Shown: positions 39,868 to 51,795, numbered from the stretch's first letter. The stretch: DNA of 64,000 nt from Cyanophyceae cyanobacterium (GCA_038321985.1 JBBQFN010000001.1:96001-160000); one strand, 5' to 3'. Made by a program: numbers and translations. Notes: generated by a model from the sequence alone, not told the origin.

Positions 39868-42120
39868 TTACCGTTCGCGGACTAAAGCACGAACGGCGAT
39901 CGCCGTAATATTATCGTGACCGTTGTGTTGATTCGCTAAATCAATTAAGCCCTTAACCCCTTGCTGTAAGGGCATCTGTGTATTTAGCAACGGTTCAATA
40001 TGACTCAAATAGTGAGTTTCTAACAAATCGTTATCTGTTAAACCATCGGAAGCCAGAATCAACAAGGTATCTTCCTCTATCTTAAAAAACTGTACGTCTG
40101 GACTCACAAAATCTTCATTTCGAGGTCCTAGTGCCTGAGTGAGTTGGTAGGCATCCGGACGCAAGTAGGCCGTCTCCGGATCCACCCCGCGCTGAATTTC
40201 CCGTTGCCCCACTTCATGATCCACCGTGACTTGCTGTAACCCCTGAGTGCGGGTAAAGCGATAGAGACGACTATCTCCAACATGAGCGATCGCAGCATTA
40301 TTATCTTGAACTAAGACGAGAACCAAAGTCGTTCCCATCCGCCCACTACCCCCGCGCTGTTCTGATTGGTTCAGGTCATAAATGGCCTGGTTCGCAAACA
40401 AAACCCCGGTGGAAATGACTTCTTCTGAGGGTAAACTATCTTGCCAGTAACGAGAGAAATACTCTCGCAACTTCTGAACCGCTAAGGCGCTGGCGATTTC
40501 CCCTCCTTCATGTCCCCCCATGCCATCACAGAGGATGTAAAGCCCCTTGTGCTGGTTTGAGGAGGCTCTAGCCCCTTGGCGCTGCTTGATTTGAGTCTCA
40601 ATCCCAAAGTCGTCCTCGTTATGGGTGCGTTGCCGTCCAATATCTGTATATCCCGATGCTTCTAGGCTTTCTAGCATAACCGGCATGACCATTGTGGGAC
40701 TGTCGTCATCCGAGTTATCTACAAAATAAAGGGGATTGGGTTGGGGGGAAGAATTCATAATAATTTCCGGTTGTAGCTGGGAGTGGAGAATTTCTAAGCG
40801 CGATCGCAACAGTTCCACACTCTCAAATTGTGCCTCAGCTAATTCGGATAGAACCTGTTGTAATTCAGAAATCTCTTCATCTTCTGTTTCGGGAGTCAGT
40901 TGTGCCGAATTTAATAGGGTTTGCCACAACTGCCCAACTGCACTCAAAGTCGGGGTAGCATTTGGCAAGTCCGGATATAAGCGTTGCAGACACAAAATTT
41001 GGTCTTCTACATCTAGACGGAGATTTTGGGGTTCCAGTAAACTTTGACGACAGTGCCAGGGTTCTAAACCGATCCAGAGTTCGGTGACTTCTTGCAACCA
41101 GTGCAAAATTTGGGAGGGCAGGACTGGGTTAGTCTGAATGTATTCTACCAGGGAGGGTTGCGTAGATCGGTCTTCTAAGAGTAAAACCCGGCGATCGTCC
41201 CAATGCCATGCATCATGAATCGCCGGAACCATCGAGTAAAACTGAGAGTGGAGGGCGAGATAGACTTTGGCGATCGCCGGAATTGCCAGCGTCCAAGCCG
41301 GAGTCGGGTTATCCATGCGATCGGGGATTTCTACAGGGTGAGAACTCAAAGCAAACAGGGGAGATTGTTGCAGGGGAATGCAATCTAACACCTTGACTTG
41401 AATTTCCCCTTTTCTGAGTTGATTTAAAGGGAGATCTTCTAGAAGTTGATAGCGTTCTTCAGCGTCTAAATAGGACCCGGCAGACAAAACTTCCCCGGTT
41501 TCCTCTGGGGTTTCTAAAGCTGCTGCCGCAGGTTTCACCGCTTCGGAGTCTTCTTCAGAAATCGGAGTTTCGGGAATATCCAGGTCCGTTTGTTCTATTT
41601 GTGTTTCTGTCTTCTGGGAGGATTCCTCCAGGGTGGGGACTGCTGAGGTTTCTACTTCTGCCTCAACCCCCAGGGTTTCCGAGGGTTCGGGACTTTCCCG
41701 GACTTGTTCGACAATTTCCGAGAGACTAGCGATAGTATCCACCTCGGAAGTCTCACAGGCAGTTCCCTCAAGGAGTTCTTCCGGTGTTCCTGCCTCCGGT
41801 TCCATCTGCGATTCCGCCGGGATATCCGTTGCGATCGGTTCCGAAACAGAGGTTACAAAGGTTTCCACGGTCGGCATTGCTGCCACAGATACCGATTCCT
41901 CAACCGCTTCAACCTCCAGACTCGCCGGTGTGCCTTGGCGATCGACAATCGCTAGCCAAATTTGCCCCGTGATTGCGCCACAATTATGGCAGCTCAAATC
42001 GCTAGCAAGGACCGGGGTTCCGCATTCCAAACAGGATTTGTGGGTTAGGGACATCCCACATTTTTGACAAAACTTGTTAGAGTTTGGGTTCTCGAAATGG
42101 CATTTAGGGCAATCAAGCAT
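39868..42120 (-). CDS. PP2C/PPM Ser/Thr phosphatase with N-terminal double zinc ribbon
   Basis: Four CxxC pairs; R.HNED, CDGMGGH, MGTT, HVGDSR, SDGL and GHDNIT. ATG 42120 preferred. Confidence 0.92.
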   Translation of the reverse strand: MLDCPKCHFENPNSNKFCQKCGMSLTHKSCLECGTPVLASDLSCHNCGAITGQIWLAIVDRQGTPASLEVEAVEESVSVAAMPTVETFVTSVSEPIATDIPAESQMEPEAGTPEELLEGTACETSEVDTIASLSEIVEQVRESPEPSETLGVEAEVETSAVPTLEESSQKTETQIEQTDLDIPETPISEEDSEAVKPAAAALETPEETGEVLSAGSYLDAEERYQLLEDLPLNQLRKGEIQVKVLDCIPLQQSPLFALSSHPVEIPDRMDNPTPAWTLAIPAIAKVYLALHSQFYSMVPAIHDAWHWDDRRVLLLEDRSTQPSLVEYIQTNPVLPSQILHWLQEVTELWIGLEPWHCRQSLLEPQNLRLDVEDQILCLQRLYPDLPNATPTLSAVGQLWQTLLNSAQLTPETEDEEISELQQVLSELAEAQFESVELLRSRLEILHSQLQPEIIMNSSPQPNPLYFVDNSDDDSPTMVMPVMLESLEASGYTDIGRQRTHNEDDFGIETQIKQRQGARASSNQHKGLYILCDGMGGHEGGEIASALAVQKLREYFSRYWQDSLPSEEVISTGVLFANQAIYDLNQSEQRGGSGRMGTTLVLVLVQDNNAAIAHVGDSRLYRFTRTQGLQQVTVDHEVGQREIQRGVDPETAYLRPDAYQLTQALGPRNEDFVSPDVQFFKIEEDTLLILASDGLTDNDLLETHYLSHIEPLLNTQMPLQQGVKGLIDLANQHNGHDNITAIAVRALVRER

Positions 42121-42331
42121 AGTAATATTCCCATTCAGAAATTTAAGAATTTTAATCAACCGGGCATTTTAACGCGTGCATCTCAATTTAGGATACTATC
42201 TGGATTTTAGCTTTCCCATCCCCTTGGGTTAGTCCCTGGGACAAAAATTACCAGATTTAGGATTCATCTTCCGGTCCCCGAACCTGTATCTTGGTTCGGG
42301 GACTATCTTTTGCTCTCTCAACCCAGGCCCA

Positions 42332-42601
42332 TTAAAAGGCTTGGATCCATTCCTTGACCTCGTACTCCGTCCAAATCCCATTTTTCCAATAGGGGTCCCC
42401 CTCGACTGCCTCTCGGACGGTTTGTTCATCCGGCGCTTCATAAATCCCGAACACTTTAGTTGTATCTTGGGTGGGACCGAGGGTAATCACCAAACCCGCT
42501 GCTTTTTGGGCGCTGATTCCATCAAGGTGAGCTTGGCGATAAGGGGCGCGTTTTTCCAGGACACCTTCGCAGTAGCTTCCCCACATGATGTACTTTGGCA
42601 T
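42332..42601 (-). CDS. YciI family protein
   Basis: R.PYRQAHL, LGPT and DPYWKNGIW motifs. Confidence 0.88.
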   Translation of the reverse strand: MPKYIMWGSYCEGVLEKRAPYRQAHLDGISAQKAAGLVITLGPTQDTTKVFGIYEAPDEQTVREAVEGDPYWKNGIWTEYEVKEWIQAF

Positions 42602-42718
42602 AGGTTAATTTTGTAGAGTAGAGGTTAACAATGGAACGGCTATATCCCGAGAAAGAGGCGGAAATTAAAAACCCCGCCTGTTATTCCTGGGGGAATATTC
42701 CCCCAGTCGGAGATAGGG

Positions 42719-45169
42719 TTAGCTTCTTAAACTCACCGTAAACGCGGTAACTAGAGCATCCCGAACCTTTTGGTGAGCGGGTTCTATCTCTTCGTCGGTG
42801 AGAGTGCGATCGCTGGCCCGATACACCAGTCGAAAGGCTAAACTGCGTTGTCCTTCTGGCACATTCTGTCCCCGATAATCATCGAACAGTTGCACTGACT
42901 CCAGCAAAGACCCGGCAGACTGGCTCATCACCCCTGTGAGATCACCAACGGCAATCTCAACCGGCGCATAAAAGGCCAAATCCCGGTCTGATGAAGGATA
43001 GGTGGAATAAGAACTAAACTTGCGTCCAAAGGTATCTTTTGTGAGAATATCTAAAATGGGTTGTAACTCCATCTGGAAGATATACACCTCGTCCGGCAAT
43101 TCTCGGTCTTGACGCAGTTGAGGATGGAGTTGGCCGAAGACACCAATCGCCCGGTCCTGCAACCACAAGGAAGCAGTGCGCCCGGGATGTAACAGAGTGG
43201 GATAGGCATTGGATTCTGGACGATAAGACATTTCCAGTCCAAGGCGATCGCCCACACTTTCTAGAATCCCTTTCGCTTCATACCAGGACATCGGTTGTTC
43301 CCGACCACTGCGGACCCAGCGGCCTACAGTCGGGTCACCGCCTAAAATTCCGGCGACTGCCTCTTGTTCCTTCAGTCCTTCGCTATCTTTCCAGAATGTG
43401 CGACCCAGTTCAAATCCATTTAAAGGACCATTTCCTTGGGCTAAATTATACTGAAACGCATCGATTGCCCCAGTGAGCATTTCCGTCCGCAAGGCGGAAT
43501 ATTCGGCAAACAGGGGATTAGCCAAGGCAATCTGATTGTCTTGTTCTGCCTTAACTAAAGAGTAATGCATCAGTTCCGTTAACCCGGCGCTGCGGAAGGC
43601 CGATCGCAAATCTCGCCTTGCCTGTTGTTCCGGTCCAAGCTGTCCGGCAGCACTTTGGGTCGGTAAGGTTTCACGGAACTTGTCATACCCATACAACCGG
43701 GCAATTTCTTCGATTAAGTCAATTTCCCGTTCCAAATCCCGCGCTCGATAGGGCGGCACTTTCACCGACCAAACTTGACCAGGAGTAATTGTTGTGAGAG
43801 TACATCCTAATGCTGTGAGAATCGGTTCGATATCCGTTGCTTGTAATTCTCCGGTGCCCTCTCCCTGTTTTATGGGTCCGAGAACTTGATTCACGCGATC
43901 GCGGCGCAGTTGAATGGATTGGACTGCACCCCCGACTCGCAGTTCTTCCGGACGAGCATCGGCAATTTCTTGGTTGACGGGGATACCACCGGCTAACTCT
44001 GTGAACAGAGCGATCGCCCGATTGCCAGCGGTTTCTAACCCGGCATAATTCACCCCCCGTTCATACCGGGCCGAGGACTCCGTGCGTAACCCCACCGCGC
44101 GAGACGATCGCCGCACTGCTGGCGGGTCAAATAATGCCGCCTCTAAAATTAAATTCTCCGTCCCTTCATGGACTTCTGTTTCTTCCCCACCCATCACCCC
44201 AGCAATAGCCACCGGCTGATTATTTGCCGTAATCAAGAGATTTTCGGCTTGCAGAGTGCGGGTTTGACCATCCAGAGTTTTGAAAGTTTCCCCTGATTGG
44301 GCAAAGCGGACGCCGAGGGTGAGGGAATCTCCTCCGGCGAGGGTTTGGAGGCGATCGCGATCGAAAGCGTGTAACGGTTGTCCCCATTCCAACAGAATGT
44401 AATTAGTGACATCCACCACATTATTAATCGGGCGCACCCCTGCGGCTTGCAATCGCTGTTGCAACCACAGAGGAGAAGAGGCAATTTTCACCCCAGTGAT
44501 TTCCGTGCCCATATAAGCAGGACAGGCTTTGAATTCGTCGATTTTTAACGACAAACCCTTACCACCGGGGGTCATGGCTGTGTCCGAGGCAGTCGGCAAT
44601 CGGACCTGTGCACCCGTTAGTGCAGCCACTTCTCGCGCCACACCCACCATACTCAGGGCATCCGCCCGATTTGCCGTAGAGGTCAAGTCTAAAATTACAT
44701 CATCCAGACCCAACAATGGAGAAACCTCACTCCCTAATTGGGGGTTCTCCAATTCAAAATGATGAATCCCTTCCGATTCCTTTGCCAAACCCAACTCGGC
44801 TAAGGAGCAAATCATCCCTTCTGAAGGGACGCCGCGCAGTTTAGCCTTTTTAATTTTTAAGTCAATTTTGGGTAGATACGTGCCAATCGGAGCCACTGCC
44901 ACATAAATATCAGCCCTGGCGTTGGGTGCGCCACAGACAATATTTAAAGGGGAATCACCGCCAATATTGACCTTACAAACGCTTAGTTTATCGGCATTGG
45001 GATGTTGTTCGCGATCGATAATTTTTCCCAAGACGACACCGTTAGCCCAAGTGCGCCGATCTTCGATGTCTTCAACTTCAAATCCAGCCATCGTCAGCGT
45101 ATGGGCTAACTCTTCTGGAGACATCGTAATGTCTATCAGTTCCCGCAACCAGTTTAGAGAAATCCGCAT
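42719..45169 (-). CDS. pheT: Phenylalanine-tRNA ligase beta subunit
   Basis: [43 protein letters not shown] and the FDX-ACB tail. Confidence 0.97.
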   Translation of the reverse strand: MRISLNWLRELIDITMSPEELAHTLTMAGFEVEDIEDRRTWANGVVLGKIIDREQHPNADKLSVCKVNIGGDSPLNIVCGAPNARADIYVAVAPIGTYLPKIDLKIKKAKLRGVPSEGMICSLAELGLAKESEGIHHFELENPQLGSEVSPLLGLDDVILDLTSTANRADALSMVGVAREVAALTGAQVRLPTASDTAMTPGGKGLSLKIDEFKACPAYMGTEITGVKIASSPLWLQQRLQAAGVRPINNVVDVTNYILLEWGQPLHAFDRDRLQTLAGGDSLTLGVRFAQSGETFKTLDGQTRTLQAENLLITANNQPVAIAGVMGGEETEVHEGTENLILEAALFDPPAVRRSSRAVGLRTESSARYERGVNYAGLETAGNRAIALFTELAGGIPVNQEIADARPEELRVGGAVQSIQLRRDRVNQVLGPIKQGEGTGELQATDIEPILTALGCTLTTITPGQVWSVKVPPYRARDLEREIDLIEEIARLYGYDKFRETLPTQSAAGQLGPEQQARRDLRSAFRSAGLTELMHYSLVKAEQDNQIALANPLFAEYSALRTEMLTGAIDAFQYNLAQGNGPLNGFELGRTFWKDSEGLKEQEAVAGILGGDPTVGRWVRSGREQPMSWYEAKGILESVGDRLGLEMSYRPESNAYPTLLHPGRTASLWLQDRAIGVFGQLHPQLRQDRELPDEVYIFQMELQPILDILTKDTFGRKFSSYSTYPSSDRDLAFYAPVEIAVGDLTGVMSQSAGSLLESVQLFDDYRGQNVPEGQRSLAFRLVYRASDRTLTDEEIEPAHQKVRDALVTAFTVSLRS

Positions 45170-45272
45170 TGATATGGACGCCTAAAATAAGTCAGCCTGA
45201 CTCATTTTACTAGAGCATCGGTCCGCTCATCGGTTGAAACTGGGTTTGGGGTAAAAATCGGTGCTTTCAGGA

Positions 45273-46877
45273 CTAAAAGATTCCCCGCTTACCATTGGGT
45301 TTAATCGTCAACCAGTTGGTACGAGCCATTGAAAGCTGCATTTCACTGATTCTGGCTCCGGTGAGGTTAGCCCCGCAGAGGTTGGCTCCCCGAAGGTTGG
45401 CTTGGGTAAAGGAGGCTTCGATAAGGTCGGCCCCTCTGAGGTCCGCGCCTTCTAAATTGGCATTCACAAAATAGGCTTTATTTAAATTGGCGTCGCGCAG
45501 AGAAGCCTGGACTAAGCAGGCGCGTCCAAAGTTGGCACCTCCGAGGTCGGATCCGTGGAGATTAACGCGATCGAGCTGGGCGTCATAAAAATTAGCGCCG
45601 GATAGGACCGAGGAGCGCAAGTCTAACCCAGTCAGATTACAGTCAGCAAAGTCCCGTCTGCCTTTGCCATAAGCGAGGCGGAGTGCCTTAGCATCTAAGA
45701 TCCCACCACTGGGCGCACTGGATGCGGCTAAAGTTTGGGTGCGAAAGCTAGTTGTGGATCCGCGAATAGAACTCATGCCCGGACTTAAAGCGGTTGCTCC
45801 TCGACTGGCTGCTTTTGCCTTTTTATTGGCTCGGCGCGTGCGCAGTAACTCGACTTCACGGGCGGCAGGGGATAATCCTCGGTTATTTTTTTCCTCTAGT
45901 CGGGTTTCTTCTTCTTGAGGGGATGAGTCTTTGGGGCGGCTGGCAAGTCCTTCGGAAAGGAGACTTTGGTGGGATTCTACCTCTAGGGCGCGGAGGGCTT
46001 CTTCCGGGCTTTGGTAGCGATCGCGCACGGAAGCGGCAAGCATTTTTTCCAGTACCGCTGCAAAACTATCACTGACATAAACATGGGGACGCCAGACGAG
46101 TTCGGTCGTCATCGGGTCATAGTCAAAATGTTTGGGGGATTTGCCGGTGAGCAGATACAGGCAAGTAGCTCCCACGGCATAAATATCGCTGGCATAAACC
46201 GGGCGCATTGCCATCTGTTCTTGGGGCGCAAAACCCGGGGTGCCGATCGCAAAGGAGGTAAAGGCAGTCTCGCCGGTGGAGTTCGCGTTGAGGAGTGCCG
46301 TCTGACTCACTTGGTCCTTGACTGCGCCAAAGTCAATCAAAACTAGCTGATGATCCACATCGCGGCGAATGATGTTGGCGGGTTTAATATCCCGATGGAT
46401 CACTTCATTATCATGAAGGTATTTGACCAAGGGCAGGATTTCCCGTAGGAATTGTTTGACTGCAAATTCGGTAAAAGGTCCATTGCGCTTGGCTTCCTGT
46501 TTGATGGTTTGGCCGCCTACATACTCCTGGACCAGATAAAATTGGCGCTCGCTTTCAAAATAATCTAGCAGTCTGGGCACTTGAGGATGATTGCCGATTT
46601 TCCCTAGGGTTTTCGCCTCGCGCTCAAATAGCTGTCTTGCCATATCCAGCACCCGGGGAGAAGTTGAAGCGGGACGCAGTTGTTTAATCACACAGACGGG
46701 CTGACCGGGCAATAGGTCATCTACTGCTACAAACGTAGCTCCAAAGCCACCTTGACCCAATGCTTTGAGTACGCGATAGCGATCGCGCAAGAGTAGATTT
46801 GAGCCACAGGTTTGACACCGAATGGCACGCTCGGCATTTTTAGGCTCAGGACAGGCGGGATTAACGCAGTAGCTCAT
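45273..46877 (-). CDS. Ser/Thr kinase with C-terminal pentapeptide repeats (SpkB-like)
   Basis: YCVNP.C zinc motif, GQGGFG, HRDIKPAN, DFG and A(D/N)Lxx repeats. Confidence 0.92.
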   Translation of the reverse strand: MSYCVNPACPEPKNAERAIRCQTCGSNLLLRDRYRVLKALGQGGFGATFVAVDDLLPGQPVCVIKQLRPASTSPRVLDMARQLFEREAKTLGKIGNHPQVPRLLDYFESERQFYLVQEYVGGQTIKQEAKRNGPFTEFAVKQFLREILPLVKYLHDNEVIHRDIKPANIIRRDVDHQLVLIDFGAVKDQVSQTALLNANSTGETAFTSFAIGTPGFAPQEQMAMRPVYASDIYAVGATCLYLLTGKSPKHFDYDPMTTELVWRPHVYVSDSFAAVLEKMLAASVRDRYQSPEEALRALEVESHQSLLSEGLASRPKDSSPQEEETRLEEKNNRGLSPAAREVELLRTRRANKKAKAASRGATALSPGMSSIRGSTTSFRTQTLAASSAPSGGILDAKALRLAYGKGRRDFADCNLTGLDLRSSVLSGANFYDAQLDRVNLHGSDLGGANFGRACLVQASLRDANLNKAYFVNANLEGADLRGADLIEASFTQANLRGANLCGANLTGARISEMQLSMARTNWLTIKPNGKRGIF

Positions 46878-47368
46878 GAAACTTCACCTGATTTTTAAAA
46901 CGGATGTTTTTCGACACAGTGAGTGAGTCGTCGTAGATGCAAGACCCCTTTTTGCTCCAAGCATAGCAAGTCGTTTAAGTGGATCTCTCCTTACCTTAGA
47001 CTATTGATTGAGCCCTCTTAAAGACAAGAGAGCTAATCTGGTAAAGGAATCCCAAATTTATAGGGCGATTCTGTAAAGTCTTAGTAAATGCCACGCCGAT
47101 CAAGGCTAAATAAGCGCTCTTACTTGCGATCGCTCTTATGCATGAGGGTTCCCTAAAATGGACCTGAACGAACAAGGGGATTGCGGGTTTTTTCCCAGCA
47201 TCTCCTAAATTTGTCGAGTTTAACTCTGCCGCAGGGCCGTCGCCATTCTCAACTCGTCCAATCCTTTGTTATTTTCTCACTTAAATCAGTTTTTGCCACA
47301 GAAAAGCCAAAAAACCCTTGGACTCGTTCCTCCGAACAACGGAAGAAACCAGGCAACGAGCAGCAACA

Positions 47369-47393
47369 AAGGCGTGTTCATAGAACACGCCTT
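47369..47393. terminator. Hairpin just downstream of DUF427 gene
   Basis: aaggcgtgttc-ata-gaacacgcctt, an 11-bp perfect stem. Confidence 0.55.
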
Positions 47394-47402
47394 GAGCAAC
47401 CC

Positions 47403-47687
47403 TTAGCCTTCTACCTTTACTCCACGCCAAAAGGCGACATATCCGTTAATCTGCTTGGCCGCATCTTTGACGTTGGGATAATACCATGCTGCATCTTTGT
47501 TGACCTGACCATCAACTACTATATTGTAATAGCTAGCTTGACCCTTCCAAGGGCAACTCGTGTTGGTATTACTATCTTGGAAATATTCCGATTTAAGGGA
47601 GTCAGGGGGAAAATATTGGTTCCCTTCCACAACTTCACAGCGATCGCTTTCGGCTAAAATAGCTCCATTCCAAATGGCTTTGGGCAT
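47403..47687 (-). CDS. DUF427 domain protein
   Basis: VEGNQYFPP, CPWKGQASYY, AAWYYP and VAFW motifs. Confidence 0.92.
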   Translation of the reverse strand: MPKAIWNGAILAESDRCEVVEGNQYFPPDSLKSEYFQDSNTNTSCPWKGQASYYNIVVDGQVNKDAAWYYPNVKDAAKQINGYVAFWRGVKVEG

Positions 47688-47767
47688 GATGGGGTTACTC
47701 CTGATGTAATGGTCTGTTAACCATTATGAGCCGAGGAGCGGGCAACTGGAGTGGATCCCCCGAAAAA

Positions 47768-48085
47768 CTAACCTTCGATTTCTAGGCCAGTCGCCCGGAC
47801 CAAGCAGCGCAATTTTGCGGCGGGACACCACGCGCAGCTATCGTGGAGTTTGGTCGAAGAACCGGCGCAGGCGGAGTCTAGCCAGAGTTCTCCGGTGATT
47901 GGACAAACGAAGCTCTCAGGGGCGATCGCCGGTTGACGATATGCGGCTAACCCGATCACGATGCCCGTTTCAAATAACGGTTGCCCCACTTGGGCGCTGC
48001 TTCCGTCGGGAGGGATAGGTGGGAGCATTCTCATACGACTCCACCGATGCCTGGTGGTTGGATGCCTCAATAAAGGCGTTCCCAT
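47768..48085 (-). CDS. Hypothetical Cys-containing protein
   Basis: ATG 48085 with GAGG RBS; C-terminal CxxC; no family recognised. Confidence 0.55.
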   Translation of the reverse strand: MGTPLLRHPTTRHRWSRMRMLPPIPPDGSSAQVGQPLFETGIVIGLAAYRQPAIAPESFVCPITGELWLDSACAGSSTKLHDSCAWCPAAKLRCLVRATGLEIEG

Positions 48086-48309
48086 GTTTATCCTCACATC
48101 ACTTAAGTTATGCAAAAGCGTCTAGATGGCAATTCTCACCCCAATGAATTGTCAGCTAAGACTAGATGGAAACTTCTCCCTAGGAAACCCTTTGACCGGA
48201 TCAAATATAGCGATCGCGGGCATTTCCCCCAAATACCGACTCAATTTAAAAATGATGCAGGTCTCGGACCCGATAAAATAAGGGGGAACTCAACGACAAA
48301 CTGCGAGCC

Positions 48310-50577
48310 ATGTCAGGCATCAGCCCCTTAAACGCTACAGCCCCCAAACAGTTAGAGCGATCGCTCAAGCATTTTTTCGGTCATGACAGCTTCCGTCCAG
48401 GACAGCGCGCGATCGTCGAAGCGGCCCTCCAAAATCGGGATATGCTGATCGTCATGCCCACTGGGGGCGGAAAGTCCCTTTGCTTTCAACTTCCGGCATT
48501 GCTGCGAAAAGGGCTAACGGTGGTTGTTTCGCCTCTGATTGCTTTGATGCAGGATCAAGTCGAATCCCTCAGAAATAACGGCATTGGCTGTACCTTTCTC
48601 AACAGCACTCTAAGTTGGGAAGAGGTGCGATCGCGGGAACAAGCCCTAATTCAGGGTAAAATCAAACTCCTCTATGTCGCTCCCGAACGTCTTTTGAGCG
48701 AACGTTTTCTGCCGTTCCTAGACCTGGTACGCGCTCAGGTGGGTATCGGTGGGTTTGCGATCGATGAGGCCCATTGCGTCTCGGAATGGGGCCATGACTT
48801 CCGCCCGGAATATCGGCAAATGCAACTGCTGCGTCAGCGCTACCCGGAAATTCCGATCATGGGCCTGACTGCCACAGCAACCGATCGCGTCCGTCAAGAT
48901 ATTATTCAACAATTGGCCCTGCGTGACCCCAAAATCCACATCGCCAGTTTTAACCGTCCTAACCTATATTACGAAGTTCGCCCTAAAAATAAGCAGTCTT
49001 ATCGAGAATTAGTCAAAATCATTCGCGAAAGCAAGGGTTCAGGAATTATCTACTGTCTCAGTCGTCGCCGAGTGGATGAAATCGCCTATAAATTGCAGCG
49101 CGAAGGCATTGATGCGATTCCCTATCACGCTGGAATGAACGACGAGGAACGCAGTAGCAATCAAACCCGCTTTATTCGGGATGATGCTCAGGTCATTGTA
49201 GCCACGATCGCCTTTGGCATGGGTATCAATAAACCGGATGTCCGCTTTGTGGTTCATTATGATTTACCCCGGAATATTGAAGGCTATTATCAAGAATCAG
49301 GACGGGCCGGACGGGATGGAGAAACTGCCGATTGTACCCTGTTTTTTGGCTATGGTGATATTAAAACAATTGAATATATTATTGACCAAAAAACCGACAG
49401 TGATGAACAACGAATTGCCCGTCAGCAGTTGCGACAAATTATTAATTATTCAGAAAGTACGGTTTGTCGTCGCACGATTCAACTGGGGTATTTTGGGGAA
49501 CGCTTTCCGGGCAATTGCGAAAACTGTGATAATTGTAGAAATCCCAAACCCACGGAAGACTGGACCATCGACTCGATGAAGTTTCTTTCCTGTGTGGCCC
49601 GGTGTAAGGAACGGTTTGGGATGAATTACATTATCGATGTTTTGCGCGGATCTAAAAGTCAGAAAGTTTTAAAATACGGCCATGAAACCCTATCGACTTA
49701 TGGGATTGGGTTGGATAGAACCGCTGATGATTGGAAAATGTTGGGGCGATCGCTGATTCATCAAGGGTTACTTGAAGAAACAACCGATGGGTATTCTGTG
49801 CTCAAGTTGAATGAGGGTAGCTGGGAGGTAATGCGAAAGCAACGGCAGGTTTTCATTGCGGTTCCCAAAGCGCCGGTGAATAACGAAATGAGCGATTGCG
49901 ACCGCAAAAAAGCCGAGGTGGAAATGTTATTTGATCACTTGCGATCGCTCCGTAAAGAAATCGCCGACGAGCAATCCCTCGCCCCCTATACTGTTTTTGG
50001 GGATTCGACCCTGAGATTAATGGCGCAGCAACGTCCCCAGACTTTGGCGGAATTTAGTACCCTGTCTGGGGTGGTGGAGTATAAAGTGGAGCAATACGGA
50101 GATCGCTTCGTGACCGAAATTCGCGAGTATTGTCAAGCGAACGGACTTTCATCTGGGGGGATGAATGGGGACTCTCAAAAACGAGGATTGATGGCGATTA
50201 AACCCCCTACCAGCCCGGAATCGGGGGTAACATCCGAGCCCTCTTTTACTCAATTAATTACTCTAGAATCTCACCAAGAAGGGCTGAGCGTTTCAGAAAT
50301 TGCAGCGAAACGAAATCTGAAAGAGACAACCGTGGAAAGTCATTTAATTGAACTGCTGGAAATGAATCAATCCGTAGATATTCACCGATTGATTCCAGTC
50401 ACCCGTCAGCAAGTTATTGTGCAAGCCCTGAAATTGTTGGGTTCGGATACCCTAAAGCCGGTTTATGAACATTTAGGGGAAAAATACAGCTACAATGAAC
50501 TGCGGTTAGTGCGAGCTGCGTGGCGACGGAATCTCTGTGCTAATTTCCCGTTTAAGACCGATGAATTGGACTTTTAA
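48310..50577 (+). CDS. recQ: DNA helicase RecQ (RQC, HRDC, C-terminal HTH)
   Basis: MPTGGGKSLC, DEAHCVSEWGHDFRP, ATIAFGMGI and YYQESGRAGRDG motifs. Confidence 0.96.
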   Translation: MSGISPLNATAPKQLERSLKHFFGHDSFRPGQRAIVEAALQNRDMLIVMPTGGGKSLCFQLPALLRKGLTVVVSPLIALMQDQVESLRNNGIGCTFLNSTLSWEEVRSREQALIQGKIKLLYVAPERLLSERFLPFLDLVRAQVGIGGFAIDEAHCVSEWGHDFRPEYRQMQLLRQRYPEIPIMGLTATATDRVRQDIIQQLALRDPKIHIASFNRPNLYYEVRPKNKQSYRELVKIIRESKGSGIIYCLSRRRVDEIAYKLQREGIDAIPYHAGMNDEERSSNQTRFIRDDAQVIVATIAFGMGINKPDVRFVVHYDLPRNIEGYYQESGRAGRDGETADCTLFFGYGDIKTIEYIIDQKTDSDEQRIARQQLRQIINYSESTVCRRTIQLGYFGERFPGNCENCDNCRNPKPTEDWTIDSMKFLSCVARCKERFGMNYIIDVLRGSKSQKVLKYGHETLSTYGIGLDRTADDWKMLGRSLIHQGLLEETTDGYSVLKLNEGSWEVMRKQRQVFIAVPKAPVNNEMSDCDRKKAEVEMLFDHLRSLRKEIADEQSLAPYTVFGDSTLRLMAQQRPQTLAEFSTLSGVVEYKVEQYGDRFVTEIREYCQANGLSSGGMNGDSQKRGLMAIKPPTSPESGVTSEPSFTQLITLESHQEGLSVSEIAAKRNLKETTVESHLIELLEMNQSVDIHRLIPVTRQQVIVQALKLLGSDTLKPVYEHLGEKYSYNELRLVRAAWRRNLCANFPFKTDELDF

Positions 50578-50754
50578 AAAAGTCAAGGATTTAATTTATT
50601 TCTCCCCGCTGTTTGCTGATAATGGTAAGGTAGAAAAATACAAGGAAGGAGCGGGAGGAGAGAACCGGGTTACGGGATTGCCGGGAAGCGATCGCCTCCT
50701 CCGGACCTAAATTGTCATTAACCTGTTTAGTTTTGGGACCCAGAGGAGGTAGTC

Positions 50755-51093
50755 ATGACCGAGTTTATGGATTTTCTCAGACATAAATATGCTTATGTGG
50801 CGATCGGCGAATTCAAAGCAGGCAAATTCGACGAAGCCAAGCAACTTTACGAAAAAGCCGTCTCTACTTACAGCCAAGGGTTTAAGGGGGCGTATTTACT
50901 GCAACAGCCGAATAGTGATAAGGGGATTGCTGTAATTTTTTGGGACGATATCGACGCGATGGACTCTAACCACGATGAGGCTCACGCGGCAATTTTAAAC
51001 GAAATTTCCCACTTATTTGCTAAACCCCCCATGACGGGGTTCTACGATGTTTGTAGCGAAACTCCCGCACCCCTCTGTGTAGCGGTGGAGTAG
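50755..51093 (+). CDS. Antibiotic biosynthesis monooxygenase-like (dimeric alpha/beta barrel) protein
   Basis: GGAGG RBS; GFKGAYLL...GIAVIFWD pattern. Confidence 0.72.
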   Translation: MTEFMDFLRHKYAYVAIGEFKAGKFDEAKQLYEKAVSTYSQGFKGAYLLQQPNSDKGIAVIFWDDIDAMDSNHDEAHAAILNEISHLFAKPPMTGFYDVCSETPAPLCVAVE

Positions 51094-51795
51094 ATGCGAT
51101 CGCAAGGCATCATGGTGACGGGACTCCCCCAACCCCTTTTAGAAGTCCAGGTTTTTTACTCAAACCACTCTTCCACCTACCCCCATGGGAAAAGCGCTGC
51201 ACTCTGTTCGTTGTAGGCTTTTTACAAGCAAGACTCCTATAAGTTCGTCCAGTGCCCTGCCTGGTAGGGAGGGGACTTGAGGATGATTTTTGACGTTTTT
51301 GGGGTGGGGCTTCTGGACCCCTGAGTGTAAGCAACCGCCGTGGAAGAGGTTGGCGATCGCCCTCGTCCCTTGCAATAAAACGCAGTCCAGCGGGACTCCC
51401 GGGACTGCGGAGAAAACCAATGATTATTTCTAATTTTACGATAGAAGTGCATGAGCCAGGTCGGTGTGATTGGGATCAAAACTGGGGGTGATTGTCATCA
51501 CGGGAAAAGGGAGTGCGATCGCTTACAAAGAATTTGATTGTCATTTAGCTGGCCTACCCTGTAAATTTTTACTTTAATTTCACCGATTTTACGGGGCAAT
51601 TTCTACCTTTTGAGAGAGCCTATTTCTATGATTAGACCTACACTACAAAGTAGTAGATTAAAATTATATAGCTTCTCTAAATCAGGGGGCGATTTCTATC
51701 TAAGGCGGTTCGGAATAGCTGGGATTGCCCCCTTTTTAAATTTGGCAAAGAAATTGAGGCAAGTTGTTAGAGAGTTTTACCCTTAGGTTAATATC

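Noticed and set aside
51110..51500. Short overlapping minus-strand ORFs or possible pseudogene
   Set aside because: No recognisable family and no good RBS; a weak CBS-like phrase (LDELIGVLLVKSL) is insufficient.
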